A stretch of DNA of 64,000 nt, taken from NCBI GenBank assembly GCA_965655095.1, contig OZ296659.1, positions 54,746,001 to 54,810,000 of the forward strand. Direction: 5' to 3'. Made by a program: the position numbers and the translations under genes. The notes under the pieces are model-generated. The model had not been told where the DNA came from. It saw only the letters and a list, made by a program, of their open reading frames with translations, and did no database searches. Positions 26,601 to 39,090 of this stretch are shown here, one piece after another (the first letter of the stretch is position 1; each line of letters opens with the position of its first letter). This stretch comes from Haplodiscus bocki. Taxonomy: Eukaryota.

Positions 26601-29600
26601 AAGCAATTAAGAAGATACACAAGAAGTTCATTTGACTACAGACATGATTCCAGTACTTGCGAACGGCTTATCGGAAGAGACATTGAGACATTTCACGACA
26701 TGGTAAATAAATGCTATCAATTTTATTCTCTTTCACAGCTCAGGGAAGTGGACAGACAGTGGACAAGATCAATTACCCAGAAATGAAAGCGGAGGAGTTG
26801 TCTCGGTAGTGGATCGTCCGACAGGTCTTCGCCAACGGAAATACGGTGTCCGAAGCCTTCTTCACATCCGGAATCATCTTGACCAGAAACGCTTTCTTTA
26901 TAGTCTAACTGCAGTCACTGATCTGTAAACTTAAAGGAAACAAACAATTATTGCCATTACGTTTATTAAAAAACTCGACTTGTAATCACAATGGTTTTTT
27001 TGCTGCAGGATGATGAAACTTATGATTATGTTCTCATCACCAATATCTTGAGTCTAGTAAACCACATTCGACCGAGAAACTGCGAAGCGGTAACAAATCA
27101 CGCAAAGATTGTTCTCACATAAACTCACTGGAGAATTACATTATCGCACCAATTGTGTAAATTTGAGGAACCAGCGATTGAGACTCCAGCAGCAGGAGCC
27201 ATTAAAGTTAAATTCAAAAGCTTCAATGCACCAGCGTATGCTCCAGTTGTTGTATACTTTGACATGGAATGGCTCATCGGCCCAATATAAAGTTGTAAAG
27301 ACCACCCGTCGAACAGCTGGACTCTCAGTTTGCAGAAGCAGACACTGCGGCACTTGCCTGCTGAAAATTGACATCGGTTCAGTAAAGCCAGTGCATGTTT
27401 CCATACATCGGCTATCTACGTTGATGAAGAAATTAGGAGCTCAACTTAACAATTGTCAGAGACAACCAAAGTAAGCAAAGTCATCGCACACAAACGGGTA
27501 GACCAGATCAACCAAGAGCTAAGGTCGGTGGGTTTTGGATATGTGGTGAGCGCTTTGAAGAAGATTCGAAGGTTTAAGACCACTGTCACTAAAAAGAAAA
27601 GTTCTCAGGCTACGCTCACAATCAATGCAATTTGAAAATGCGAAGCAATAATTACGTAAAAATGTAAAAAAACCTAACTCCTCGAACCATGGTATACGTG
27701 GTATATGCAAGATTCTGCATGAATTGGATTCAGATTGCAGAACAGAAATCTTATCCGTCGATAAGGAAAAGACATTACTGTCAATATTGGTGCGCAAGAC
27801 AATTAGTTCACGGATAAAAGAGGTAATACCAAAAACGTTTTCAACAAATTGAGATTTCTTGATTTTTCGGATCCTATAATCGACGTAAAAGAAACTGGTT
27901 TCCATTAACCTAAACTAAATATGCGCAGGTTGAAGAAGTTTCGATTGTCGAAGATTGAGCCACTACCATGATATGTACTTGGGAAAGGATACATTACTGC
28001 TGTGCTCTAAAAAGCAAGAGTTTAGAAAAATTTTATGTGCTGTACGGTCTCGATAGCGCGAACTATTTTACCAGCTCTCATCAAGTGATGCATTTTTCAG
28101 ACACACAACTTTCACCTGTCAACATCAAGTGATAGTAGAAAACATGATTTGAGGTGGTGTAGCTATTCTCTTTTAGGAGATTCTTTAGAGCTAACAACAA
28201 ATGTAAAAACAGTTTTCATCCTCAAGAGGACTACACTTTTGGACCACTTCTTTATGCTACAACTGGTATGGCAGTCAGACGGAAGAACTACCCCTAACCC
28301 TTAAAGATTTTCAAGATGTTTAGATTCTACTGGAACACACTCTCAATACGAGCATCGACTCGAACTTTGGATACAATTGCGAGGTAGATCTGGAACACCC
28401 AGACTAGTCACACACCTCGCATACAGAATTCCTTTGAGCACCCAGAAAAGAAAATATGAAAGGTCGATCAGTGAACTTCATTTGAAACTCCTGGAAAAAA
28501 GGATTGTGAAAACTGAACAAACAGAAAGTATTGCAGACACTCAACCACAAAAACAACTACACAGTTCATTATTTTAATTTGAAGCTATGTTGAGATTGGT
28601 TTCATCATCAAAAAAGTACATCGGGTTTTATTATTCCCCCAGTCAGTCCGGCTACCACCATAAAGAAGAGACAACGATCGGAGATCAAGCTCCAAGAAGG
28701 ATTATTCAAGTTAATGAACAACTGCTACGGAAAAACTCGCGAAGATAAGCGGAACAGAGTTCAAGTTCATCTGATGCGACCAATCGACGAACTGCAACGC
28801 ACGACCGAAAAATCTTTGAAGTCATTCAAAAACTTTGACAAGAACTTAGCTGCCCTGAATGTCAAGCATACAAGAATGTTATGACACAAACCGACTTTAG
28901 TAGCAGTATGCGTCGTCGATTTTGCCAAGTTTCACAAGCTTTCTTTTCACAATACAGCTATGAAAAATATATGATTGTCAATTAATCTACCCGAATACCG
29001 ACTTACTAGTATACGAAATCAAACACCGTGATGTCTACAAAAAGTTAACAGATAATGAGCAGTAGAGAAATTTTCGACTTCTACAACTATCCCCAAAATC
29101 ACCCCTGGTATCACAATGGAAACAATAGGCCACCATCTTGTTGACAAAAAAGATAGCTGGCAAAATAATAGAAGATTTTAAAGGACTCAAACCAAAAACG
29201 TTTTCTATACAGTATGGAGACAGACAAAAGCTGTCAGCCAAAGGAGTTTCTCCGCTTGCGCACAATATGCTTGAACATGCTATTTATTAATAACCAACAT
29301 CATTAGAACTAGAAGCATACGCATCGGATCGAACCATCATCAATTGGCAACAGTTTCCAGCAGTTAAAATATCGCTATCCGCAATCGATGAAAAACGCTA
29401 AATTCTTGGGAACGGTATCAACACTTTACGATTTGGTCATTATTTTGTGAGAGGCAAAGCAGCGTTCCGTGAAATAACAGAAGAGCCTGACTTGGGTGAA
29501 GAAAACTAATGCAGCTGATTGGCAAACATTATCCAGATTAATGATCCAGTCAATTCGACAACAGATCCAACAGAACCTCTGCCCAACCGGGCACTTTCCC

Positions 29601-32600
29601 TCGCTTGAACAGCTTGATAAACACATAGACCAGTCTTATTCCAGGTGATGCTGCTGATTCTGAGAATGCGTTTTTCAGCTCTTGTGACGTCAGATTTCGA
29701 GACACTAAAGACTTCTTTAAATTTTGCGGAGAAAGGCCTTCCGGGGAAACTGAAGAGAGAAGACACAGTTTTATCAGCAAGAATGAAGTCGAAAAAACTT
29801 CAGTAACGATCTATTGGATTTTTCCAAACCATCGGCAATTAGAAGTTCAAATAATGATACTACCGAGAAAAATTCAAAGTTAAATTAGGTTTGTCAATTA
29901 ATTCACTCAAATCGACATCTCTCTCCTGATGATTAAAGTAAAGTTACCACAAGTCCAGAAAGAAGAGAAAGCTTTGTGTCTGGACAACCCATTTCTTCTT
30001 CATTAGATTGTATGTAATTCCAAAAATCAAAGTTGCGAATCATTATGAGGATGAACGATCAAACGTTGCACTGTCTGCTCAATTAAATGTAAAACCATAG
30101 GTGAACAAAACGTCCAGCCTGAACAATCAAGCTCCACTTATTATCAAAGTAGAAGATTCCGTCAGTACAGACATGAGCCGATGTTGCTTGTATCGGCAAG
30201 CGTGATCACTTTTACAACATTGCAAAGAATTTTTTTCAATTCACAGCTCAAACACCTACAAGTATAAAGAAAACAATTGAGCATTCCGCTTTTAGCCATT
30301 TATATGTATAATCCTCATTTATAAAAACTACAAAGAAACAGTCTGGTCTGCATTTCATTGATCTTCAAATAGGCACAAGTTTATTGAAGAAAACTAAACA
30401 ATTCATAAATGTTTGTTATTCTTCGAGGCGAACAGCAACTGCTTTCTATCGAAACTTCATTGCACTTTCTCTCAGATCGACAAAAATGTGTGAAGTTGAA
30501 ATATTCGAAAATGAAAAATCTCGAACACGCTACACTCTGTATGAAACTTATTTCAATGACTCAGTGGTGATGGAGAATGAATCCTTTACATGTGGTGGTT
30601 GGACAATTGAGTCTTCTATGAAATTACCAGCGGAAGTGTTTGAGGAAGTCGAAGAATGCTAACTTTCTTCAAAGCAAAAATCCGACGACGAAGTGAACGA
30701 TCGAACTACTCTCCTTGGAACCTAAATGAATTTAACATTCCAAGTTAGACGAGTCTTATTCGTCCATGACTGTAGGAACATACCATGTAGAGAAAATTAG
30801 ACTGGATAATGGAGATACTGGGACCAAGACGAAGACTTTTGGAACATTGAAAAAGGTGAATACCGAAAAACTGCTACTGGAAGCACTGAAATGCTATCAA
30901 CGCCAGTAAGAAAGAAAAAAAACCCATCAGAAGTGTGGTCAAACTGAAGGTAAAGTAATGAACTTTGATGAACATTGCTATCTAATACGATGCCTAAGCA
31001 TTTGCCTTCAAAAAATCTTGAGGAAAAAGTATTTTTTTCACGAAGATGATTCTGTCCCAAGAACAGTCCATTATTAATTACATAGTTAGAAGAATCAAAA
31101 TGGGAAAAAATACATGGATCAAAAAAGTACAAAAATATTCAGCGGATTAGCTTTAGTCGAACGCGCTGGAAACGTTCTGAACGTTCTCTAATAGGTTGAA
31201 ATATTTGCAACCACTTGAAATGAGATCTCGGTGATCGATGAGATGCAGAAGAAAAGTAGACTCGAAGGACCAGATGCTGATTGCACCGATGGCAACTTCA
31301 AGCATGGTAACTGTGAACAAAACCGCCCGGCCCGTTGCAGCTTCACAGACGTAGGGAAACAGTTGATTGAAGTTTAACCAGTTGCACGCGTTCGGAAAGT
31401 GGGACTGACAAAATTTGTTTTGCATGAAATGTGTGCGCTTAGAAGTCTCCGCTTGGAGTTCTCAAAATTGTTGTTGAACCCGATCATTTTCCATGTTAAA
31501 ACACCATCCCGACATCTCCAAGCTATCACTTCTTGGAGCCAGCTGAAGGATATGGTTATCAGAACCATTAGCTATAGGTTTCTCGTGTATTCCTAAGCTT
31601 TTTTCCAAAATGATCACATTAACCAAAGGCTCCTCAATTTGTCCAGAGTGGTGCATACTAGTGGTTGCAGGACCAAATAGGTTGGGTCGCATGAACTCTG
31701 GGTGCATTTCATCGCCTCGCAATTGTTCCAAATTGGATTTTGCTCCAAAGGTCGATGTACTCTGTACGTTCAAGTAGTTCAATTTAAAAGCAGAATCAGA
31801 AATTCTGTTACTTCTTATCAGTGTTCCGCGTAAGTGGTAAGCGATGAATAAGGTGGACTTTTCCCAAAAAAATCAGATGAAACGTCATGATAGCGTTGAC
31901 AGTAGTTTTTCCCGAAAAAAGTAGTTACCATTTAATCAAACTTTATTAGTTCAGCTGTTAAAGCAGAATAGTTCACTGAATATATAAGGACAATCGCAGA
32001 AGAGCATCGCAAGGAGAACCATTTCATCTCGAGGAAAATTAAACAGTGAATAAAATTATTTCAATCATGAAGCGTTTTGATACTGTTCCAAGACTTTCGC
32101 TAATAACCAAACATTGGATCGACACAGGAAAAACATGGCTGGAAAAAAATGATTATGACTTGTTTTGTCGGTCATGCAGACTCAATTGCTAAACGTTACT
32201 AAAAATACACAGTTAAGGTCCCCACACAACGGGAAACTTTTATAGGTTTCTTTTTTCTGTAAGAAAGTTTTCAAGACCGAAAGACTTCAGGAAACACTTA
32301 CAAGAACACCACACACTACCCATTCACAAACAGAACATGTTCGCCGAAGGAACAAGTACATTCCCTTTCAACAACACGTTCAAAATTTTCCACATACAGA
32401 CAGACCAAAAAGTGGACTTGCTGGAGAAACTCTGATTCGACAAATTTTGATGGAAAAAGCCTTAACGAAACAGTTGGACACACAACTATCAGTGAAAAAT
32501 GTGGTAACTGAAGCAATTAAGAAGATACACAAGAAGTTCATTTGACTACAGACATGATTCCAGTACTTGCGAACGGCTTATCGGAAGAGACATTGAGACA

Positions 32601-35505
32601 TTTCACGACATGGTAAATAAATGCTATCAATTTTATTCTCCTTCACAGCTCAGGGAAGTGGACAGACAGTGGACAAGATCATTTATCCAGAAATGAAAGC
32701 GGAGGAGTTGTCTCGGTAGTGGATCGTCCGACAGGTCTTCGCCAACGGAAATACGGTGTCCGAAGCCTTCTTTACATCCGGAATCATCTTGACCAGAAAC
32801 GCTTTCTTTATAGTCTAACTGCAGTCACTGATCTGTAAACTTAAAGGAAACAAACAATTATTGCCATTACGTTTATTAAAAAACTCGACTTGTAATCACA
32901 ATGGTTTTTTTTTGCTGCAGGATGATGAAACTTATGATTATGTTCTCATCACCAATATCTTGAGTCTAGTAAACCACATTCGACCGAGAAACTGCGAAGC
33001 GGTAACAAATCACGCAAACAAAAAACATAAACTCACAGGAGAATTACATTATCGCAACAATTGTGTAAAATTGAGGAACCAGCGAATGAGACTCCAGCAG
33101 CAGGAGCCATTAAAGTTAAATTCAAAAGCTTCAATGCACCAGCGTATGCTCCAGTTGTTGTATAGTTTGACATGGAATGGCTCATCGGCCCAATATAAAG
33201 TTGTAAAGACCACCCGTCGAACAGCTGGACTCTCAGTTTGCAGAAGCAGACACTGCGGCACTTGCCTGCTGAAAATTGACATCGGTTCAGTAAAGCCAGT
33301 GCATGTTTCCATACATCGGCTATCTACGTTGATGAAGAAATTAGGAGCTCAACTTAACAATTGTCAGAGACAACCAAAGTAAGCAAAGTCATCGCACACA
33401 AACGGGTAGACCAGATCAACCAAGAGCTAAGGTCGGTGGGTTTTGGATATGTGGTGAGCGCTTTGAAGAAGATTCGAAGGTTTAAGACCACTGTCACTAA
33501 AAAGAAAAGTTCTCAGGCTACGCTCACAATCAATGCAATTTGAAAATGCGAAGCAATAATTACGTAAAAATGTAAAAAAACCTAACTCCTCGAACCATGG
33601 TATACGTGGTATATGCAAGATTCTGCATGAATTGGATTCAGATTGCAGAACAGAAATCTTATCCGTCGATAAGGAAAAGACATTACTGTCAATATTGGTG
33701 CGCAAGACAATTAGTTCACGGATAAAAGAGGTAATACCAAAAACGTTTTCAACAAATTGAGATTTCTTGATTTTTCGGATCCTATAATCGACGTAAAAGA
33801 AACTGGTTTCCATTAACCTAAACTAAATATGCGCAGGTTGAAGAAGTTTCGATTGTCGAAGATTGAGCCACTACCATGATATGTACTTGGGAAAGGATAC
33901 ATTACTGCTGGGCTCTAAAAAGCAAGAGTTTAGAAAAATTTTATGTGCTGTACGGTCCCGATAGCGCGAACTATTTTACCAGCTCTCATCAAGTGATGCA
34001 TTCTTCAGACACACAACTTTCACCTATGAACATCAAGTGATAGTAGAAAACATGATTTGAGGTGGTGTAGCTATTCTCTTTTAGATTCTTTAGAGCTAAC
34101 AAATGTAAAAACAGTTTTCATCCTCAAGAGGACTACACTTTTGGACCACTTCTTTATGCTACAACTGGTATGGCAGTCAGACGGAAGAACTACCCCTAAC
34201 CCTTAAAGATTTTCAAGATGTTTAGATTCTACTGGAACACACTCTCAATACGAGCATCGACTCGAACTTTGGATACAATTTCGAGGTAGATCTGGAACAC
34301 CCAGACTAGTCACACACCTCGCATACAGAATTCCTTTGAGCACCCAGAAAAGAAAATATGAAAGGTCGATCAGTGAACTTCATTTGAAACTCCTGGAAAA
34401 AAGGATTGTGAAAACTGAACAAACAGAAAGTATTGCAGACACTCAACCACAAAAACAACTACACAGTTCATTATTTTAATTTGAAGCTATGTTGAGATTG
34501 GTTTCATCATCAAAAAAGTACATCGGGTTTTATTATTCCCCCAGTCAGTCCGGCTACCACCATAAAGAAGAGACAACGATCGGAGATCAAGCTCCAAGAA
34601 GGATTATTCAAGTTAATGAACAACTGCTACGGAAAAACTCGCGAAGATAAGCGGAACAGAGTTCAAGTTCATCTGATGCGACCAATCGACGAACTGCAAC
34701 GCACGACCGAAAAATCTTTGAAGTCATTCAAAAACTTTGACAAGAACTTAGCTGCCCTGAATGTCAAGCATACAAGAATGTTATGACACAAACCGACTTT
34801 AGTAGCAGTATGCGTCGTCGATTTTGCCAAGTTTCACAAGCTTTCTTTTCACAATACAGCTATGAAAAATATATGATTGTCAATTAATCTACCCGAATAC
34901 CGACTTACTAGTATACGAAATCAAACACCGTGATGTCTACAAAAAGTTAACAGATAATGAGCAGTAGAGAAATTTTCGACTTCTACAACTATCCCCAAAA
35001 TCACCCCTGGTATCACAATGGAAACAATAGGCCACCATCTTGTTGACAAAAAAGATAGCTGGCAAAATAATAGAAGATTTTAAAGGACCCAAACCAAAAA
35101 CGTTTTCTATACAGTATGGAGACAGACAAAAGCTGTCAGCCAAAGGAGTTTCTCCGCTTGCGCACAATATGCTTGAACATGCTATTTATTAATAACCAAC
35201 ATCATTAGAACTAGAAGCATACGCATCGGATCGAACCATCATCAATTGGCAACAGTTTCCAGCAGTTAAAATATCGCTATCCGCAATCGATGAAAAACGC
35301 TAAATTCTAGGGAACGGTATCAACACTTTACGATTTGGTCATTATCTTGTGAGAGGCAAACCAGCGTTCCGTGAAATAATAGAAGAGCCTGACTTCGGTG
35401 AAGAAAACTAATGCAGCTGATTGGCAAACATTATCCAGATTATGGATCCAGTCAATTCGACAACAGATCCAACAGAACCTCTGCCCAACCGGGCACTTTC
35501 CCTCG
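23690..35505. repeat. Tandem duplication of a 5.9-kb Polinton B segment (23690-29603 and 29604-35505)
   Basis: Paired ORFs at an offset of about 5.9 kb; junction TTCCCTCG|CTTGAAC at 29600-29603 with CTCG microhomology. Confidence 0.92.
26230..29450 (+). pseudogene. POLB: Polinton family B pPolB, heavily degraded, copy 1
   Basis: C2H2 remnant (KDFRKHLQEHH), FTAQGSG, PVVVYFDME, EVDLEHP, NYTVHY, KKVHRVL, FKLMNNCYGK (28705), LSAKGVS, DEKR...GINTLRFGHY. Confidence 0.85.
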
Positions 35506-35817
35506 AAGGTGGCAAAGTCAAAACGATTTTCAAGCCAATTTTCGAACGATAGTTGGACTGCACCTGACCCCGGCTTCCAACAAGATGAATATATCGAATG
35601 AGATTTAGATGATGTTTGGCTTGCAGAAAAAGAAACTGACATGAAAGAACATATTACTGACTTTTAAGCAGTCTATGAAGGAGGAATTTCTATGCATCAA
35701 AGAACACCATACAATGATGAAGAAGCGGTTGAAGTTGAGGAGAAAAGATTTACATTTGAGCATCATGAACAACCAGATCGAAAAAAAACGTCTTGTGGTA
35801 ATCCTTGGTTCCGATAA
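32140..35817 (+). pseudogene. POLB: Polinton family B pPolB, copy 2, with acidic tail
   Basis: Same motifs (FKLMNNCYGK at 34607), followed by the PDPGFQQ acidic extension. Confidence 0.85.
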
Positions 35818-35869
35818 GGAAATATAGCCTTTCTACATCTAATTCATAAAAAATTTCATTCATATAGAC

Positions 35870-36450
35870 ACTTTTTCATTTTTGTTTTGTTCGAATGTTA
35901 GCCTCCCATAATATCACAAAATATCAAGGTCGACTTATTGTAAATATTCGACATAAGTGGGAAGACATTTTTTTGATAAGACTCTATGCACAGCTTGTAG
36001 AGCCAGCTTGAGCCGAGCAACTACGTTGATAAAGTCCCAGTTATACAGAAAACCACAGATCGAAAACGCTACCGTTCCCATGCTATAGCGAATAGTTCGC
36101 AAAGGACGCTGCTTGATCAAGAGATGAGTTTATGTGGGTCGAAATAAAACCGTCTAAATGTTTTTTTACAATTCATATTTCAAGAAATCATGGGTTTAGA
36201 AAAGACGAGAGCATTCAAGGCTGCAGCGCAGCGGCCGGTCCCATTAGTCGTGTCACAACAAACAACTCGAAAGGGATGAGAATTGAAGAAATGGAGCTCG
36301 TGATTACAAATCAAATACAAGTTTACGGAGCACATTCGCAGTGAAAAACCTTAGCATGTGGGAATGAGACTCACTAATAGACCATACAAAGGCGGTTCAA
36401 GTGCCCACCTTGGCGAAAACCTGGAAATGCACAATTTACTAAAACAGCAA
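35870..36450 (+). pseudogene. Polinton family B minor capsid (penton) remnant
   Basis: Degenerate penton-like motifs as at 435-1013; truncated at its 3' end. Confidence 0.45.
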
Positions 36451-37423
36451 AATCGTGAAAACAAATTGGCGAAATTAAGAATGCATGGGGGAACACTAGC
36501 GCTCGCAAACAACTCCTCCCCCCCCCCTCGATAGCACACTTCATGTCAGTTCGAAGGGTTTCAACCCCGCGCTGAGAAGTTCCTAGTTGCAGAGATATTC
36601 ACAGAAAGCAAGAAAACAATTTGGAAAAGTTTTTTCAACCGAAGTCGTTCAAGGATGGCAAAAAATCTTTAAACGCTGAACAAAACAATCGTCCAATGGT
36701 ACCAACCGCCAACATGGGGGAACCTAGACATGCAGAGTGTCAGAAAACATCGAAAAATGCGAAGAGAAAATAATTCCTCCTGAGCCAAAAATCGAGGAAA
36801 ATCCATTGAAAGATTATTAGCGACCGGGAAAAGAGCCCCTGATAGGTCACTTCATGGTGGTTCGAAAATAATTAACCCCCCTACGCCTTGGGATAATACC
36901 ATGTGGATACAATTACAAAGAGAAAAATTGAAAAATTTATCAACTAGCAGTTTCTCCCAATTGAACAAAAGTTGATCGGGAAGTTGACCTATTGAGCTTC
37001 AATAGGCGAAACTCTATTATAGGTCTAAACTCCGGTAAATCTAATAAGGCGGCCGGTTACCACTGGCATATTATGCGCCCTACCATTTTGGTAAAGATGC
37101 CTTTTTGAATGAAAGCGTTTTTTTCCAAAATACTCCGTTCTTCATCATATTTTTATATTCTTCCAACTTTAACAATCTTATGATTTTTAGCCAAAAAATC
37201 GCGCTAAAACTTGGTATACGCGGCTTTTGGTGCAAGTGTTAGAGTCCCCTCTTGTTTATACACCTCGTGTTGTCCGAAATTTTCCGATTGGATCTCTCCT
37301 CCTACAGGTTCGATTCACTCCTACAATTCAATTTACCGAGTATGGCGCCACTATTATAGCATGGAGAATACATTTTCTATAAGGAACTCAGAACGAGAAA
37401 CTATGATAGCTCCTTTTCAAATA

Positions 37424-37889
37424 CAGTAATCCCTCGATTTATCGCCAGCATTCATGCTTCATCTTTCCTGTCGGATAACTGAGGGTGGCGGTTAAACGAG
37501 AGTAGACCCCAGTTGCATCATCCACTTTTCAACAACGCGTTGGAAATAATTTTTCCACCAAAAAACAGTAATTATTTCTATTGACAAACAACATTTTAAC
37601 ACGTTTTTGGCAAGGTGTTTTGAAGCCAACCAATGTAGCCAACACAGACCGATACTTTCCTGAAAGGACGAAACCTGTTAGTTAGTTCAAATTATTTGCA
37701 GTTCGAGTGAGGAAGCTTTCAAACATGTGGCGGTTATTTATGAGGGACGAAAACTCCAATTGGATCAATTCCACGGGGGCGAAGGCGGATAAGAGAGTTT
37801 GGCGTTTATTTACACCCAGCGAAAAACCTTCCACAGCGTTAGCGCGAAGGTGGCGGTTGATCGAGTCGCGGATAATCAAGGGATTACTG
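37424..37889. mobile_element. Tc1/mariner MITE downstream of the tetraspanin stop codon
   Basis: CAGTAATCCCTCG...AAGGGATTACTG with TA on both sides. Confidence 0.85.
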
Positions 37890-38146
37890 TACCAAAAATT
37901 TTCAAACCACAAAACCACGTTTTTCGGGACCAGGTGTTCTCGGCTTGTAGCTTGTATAATCAATTCCGGAGATATACTGGTAAAAAACATTAATCAAAAA
38001 AATTCTAAACTATAAACAATTTAAAACCAATGACCCAAATCTATTTAGAAACCTGTATTTACAATTTATCGAAACAAGAAGAATAAAACTGTACATGTTG
38101 CATTTACAATCCTATTATATGTTCCTGCAACGAGAACTGTAACAAT

Positions 38147-38521
38147 TCATCGTATTTCTTGCCAGTCAACTAGAACCAAAATGAGCGAAAGAATAAATCC
38201 GAAAAGAAGCAGAAACAGGACAAAACTTTTCACCCCGATCAACAGGTAAATATTCTCCTTTAAAAAACTCTCCACAGGTTTCACACAACCCCTAGAAGCC
38301 ATATGATTATTTGGAGAGGGTGCATAGCATAAAGCGAGATCACTTTGGCTAATTTCACGCCAGTTGTCCAGATTGTTTTTACTCTGTCTGTGGCAACATG
38401 GGGACGGAAAAGGCAATTTGAAGTTGTATCCATTTATGGTGGAGTTGCTTTCTTGACTTTTGACCCATCTGGATACGAGCCAGTCATCTGGACCGGACAC
38501 GCCACAGCATCCGAACCTGAC
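38147..38521 (-). CDS. Tetraspanin, last coding exon (EC2 loop with CCG, PxxCC, GC; TM4; stop)
   Basis: TTTTAG|GTC AGG TTC GGA TGC TGT GGC joins in phase 0 to WDLLQ of the exon at 53589, giving WDLLQVRFGCCG; six EC2 cysteines; hydrophobic TM4; open frame. Confidence 0.92.
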   Translation of the reverse strand, partial: VRFGCCGVSGPDDWLVSRWVKSQESNSTINGYNFKLPFPSPCCHRQSKNNLDNWREISQSDLALCYAPSPNNHMASRGCVKPVESFLKENIYLLIGVKSFVLFLLLFGFILSLILVLVDWQEIR

Positions 38522-38561
38522 CTAAAACACAGTTTGTTAATAGATATTAATTAGGCAGGCA

Positions 38562-38665
38562 AGTAGTAAAGGAAGGGGGGGAGGTTGCTGCAATTTTTGA
38601 CTCCCAAACCAAAAAAATTCGAAGTCAAAAAGGTCAAAGTACCAAATCAACCGAAACTGAATTTC
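38562..38665 (+). repeat. Left terminal inverted repeat of Polinton A
   Basis: AGTAGTAAAGGAAGGGGG...TTGCTGCAATTTTTGACTCCCAAAC...AAGTCAAAAAGGTCAAAGTAC pairs with 52285-52385. Confidence 0.9.
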
Positions 38666-39090
38666 GTTTACCAAGCACACAGTAAGTAAAACAACTGTCA
38701 ATAATCTTTCACAAGGCAAATTTTCTACTTTGATCTCACTGTTGGAAACCGAAACTGACCAAAACCAATAAAATTGATTGTCGACTGTCTTTTTTGAAAA
38801 TTTCAAACTGATAAATCCTTTTCTCAACTATTGTAACGCAAGCAAAAAACAGATTCTCGAACTATTACAAACCAGCACACCATCTAGAGAAGTTCTGTTT
38901 TACTTTTATTTAAATTCAATTTATCGGAAAACGGGAACCAGCAGAAAAAAGTCGTGGTCCATTGAAAATGGAAAATGAACAAAAACAAAAAATTCGAACG
39001 TTTCCGGCATGTTTCGCGTGAAGCTGACAATTGAACATCTCGGGACGACGACTTTTGCGTGTTACACATCTCTTAATTTGAACCTGTACA

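Noticed and set aside
26703-26738. Apparent tiny GT-AG intron in family B pPolB
   Set aside because: The segment translates as MLSILFSFTAQGSG and aligns with family A LITQLNVYATGGSGW, so it is coding.
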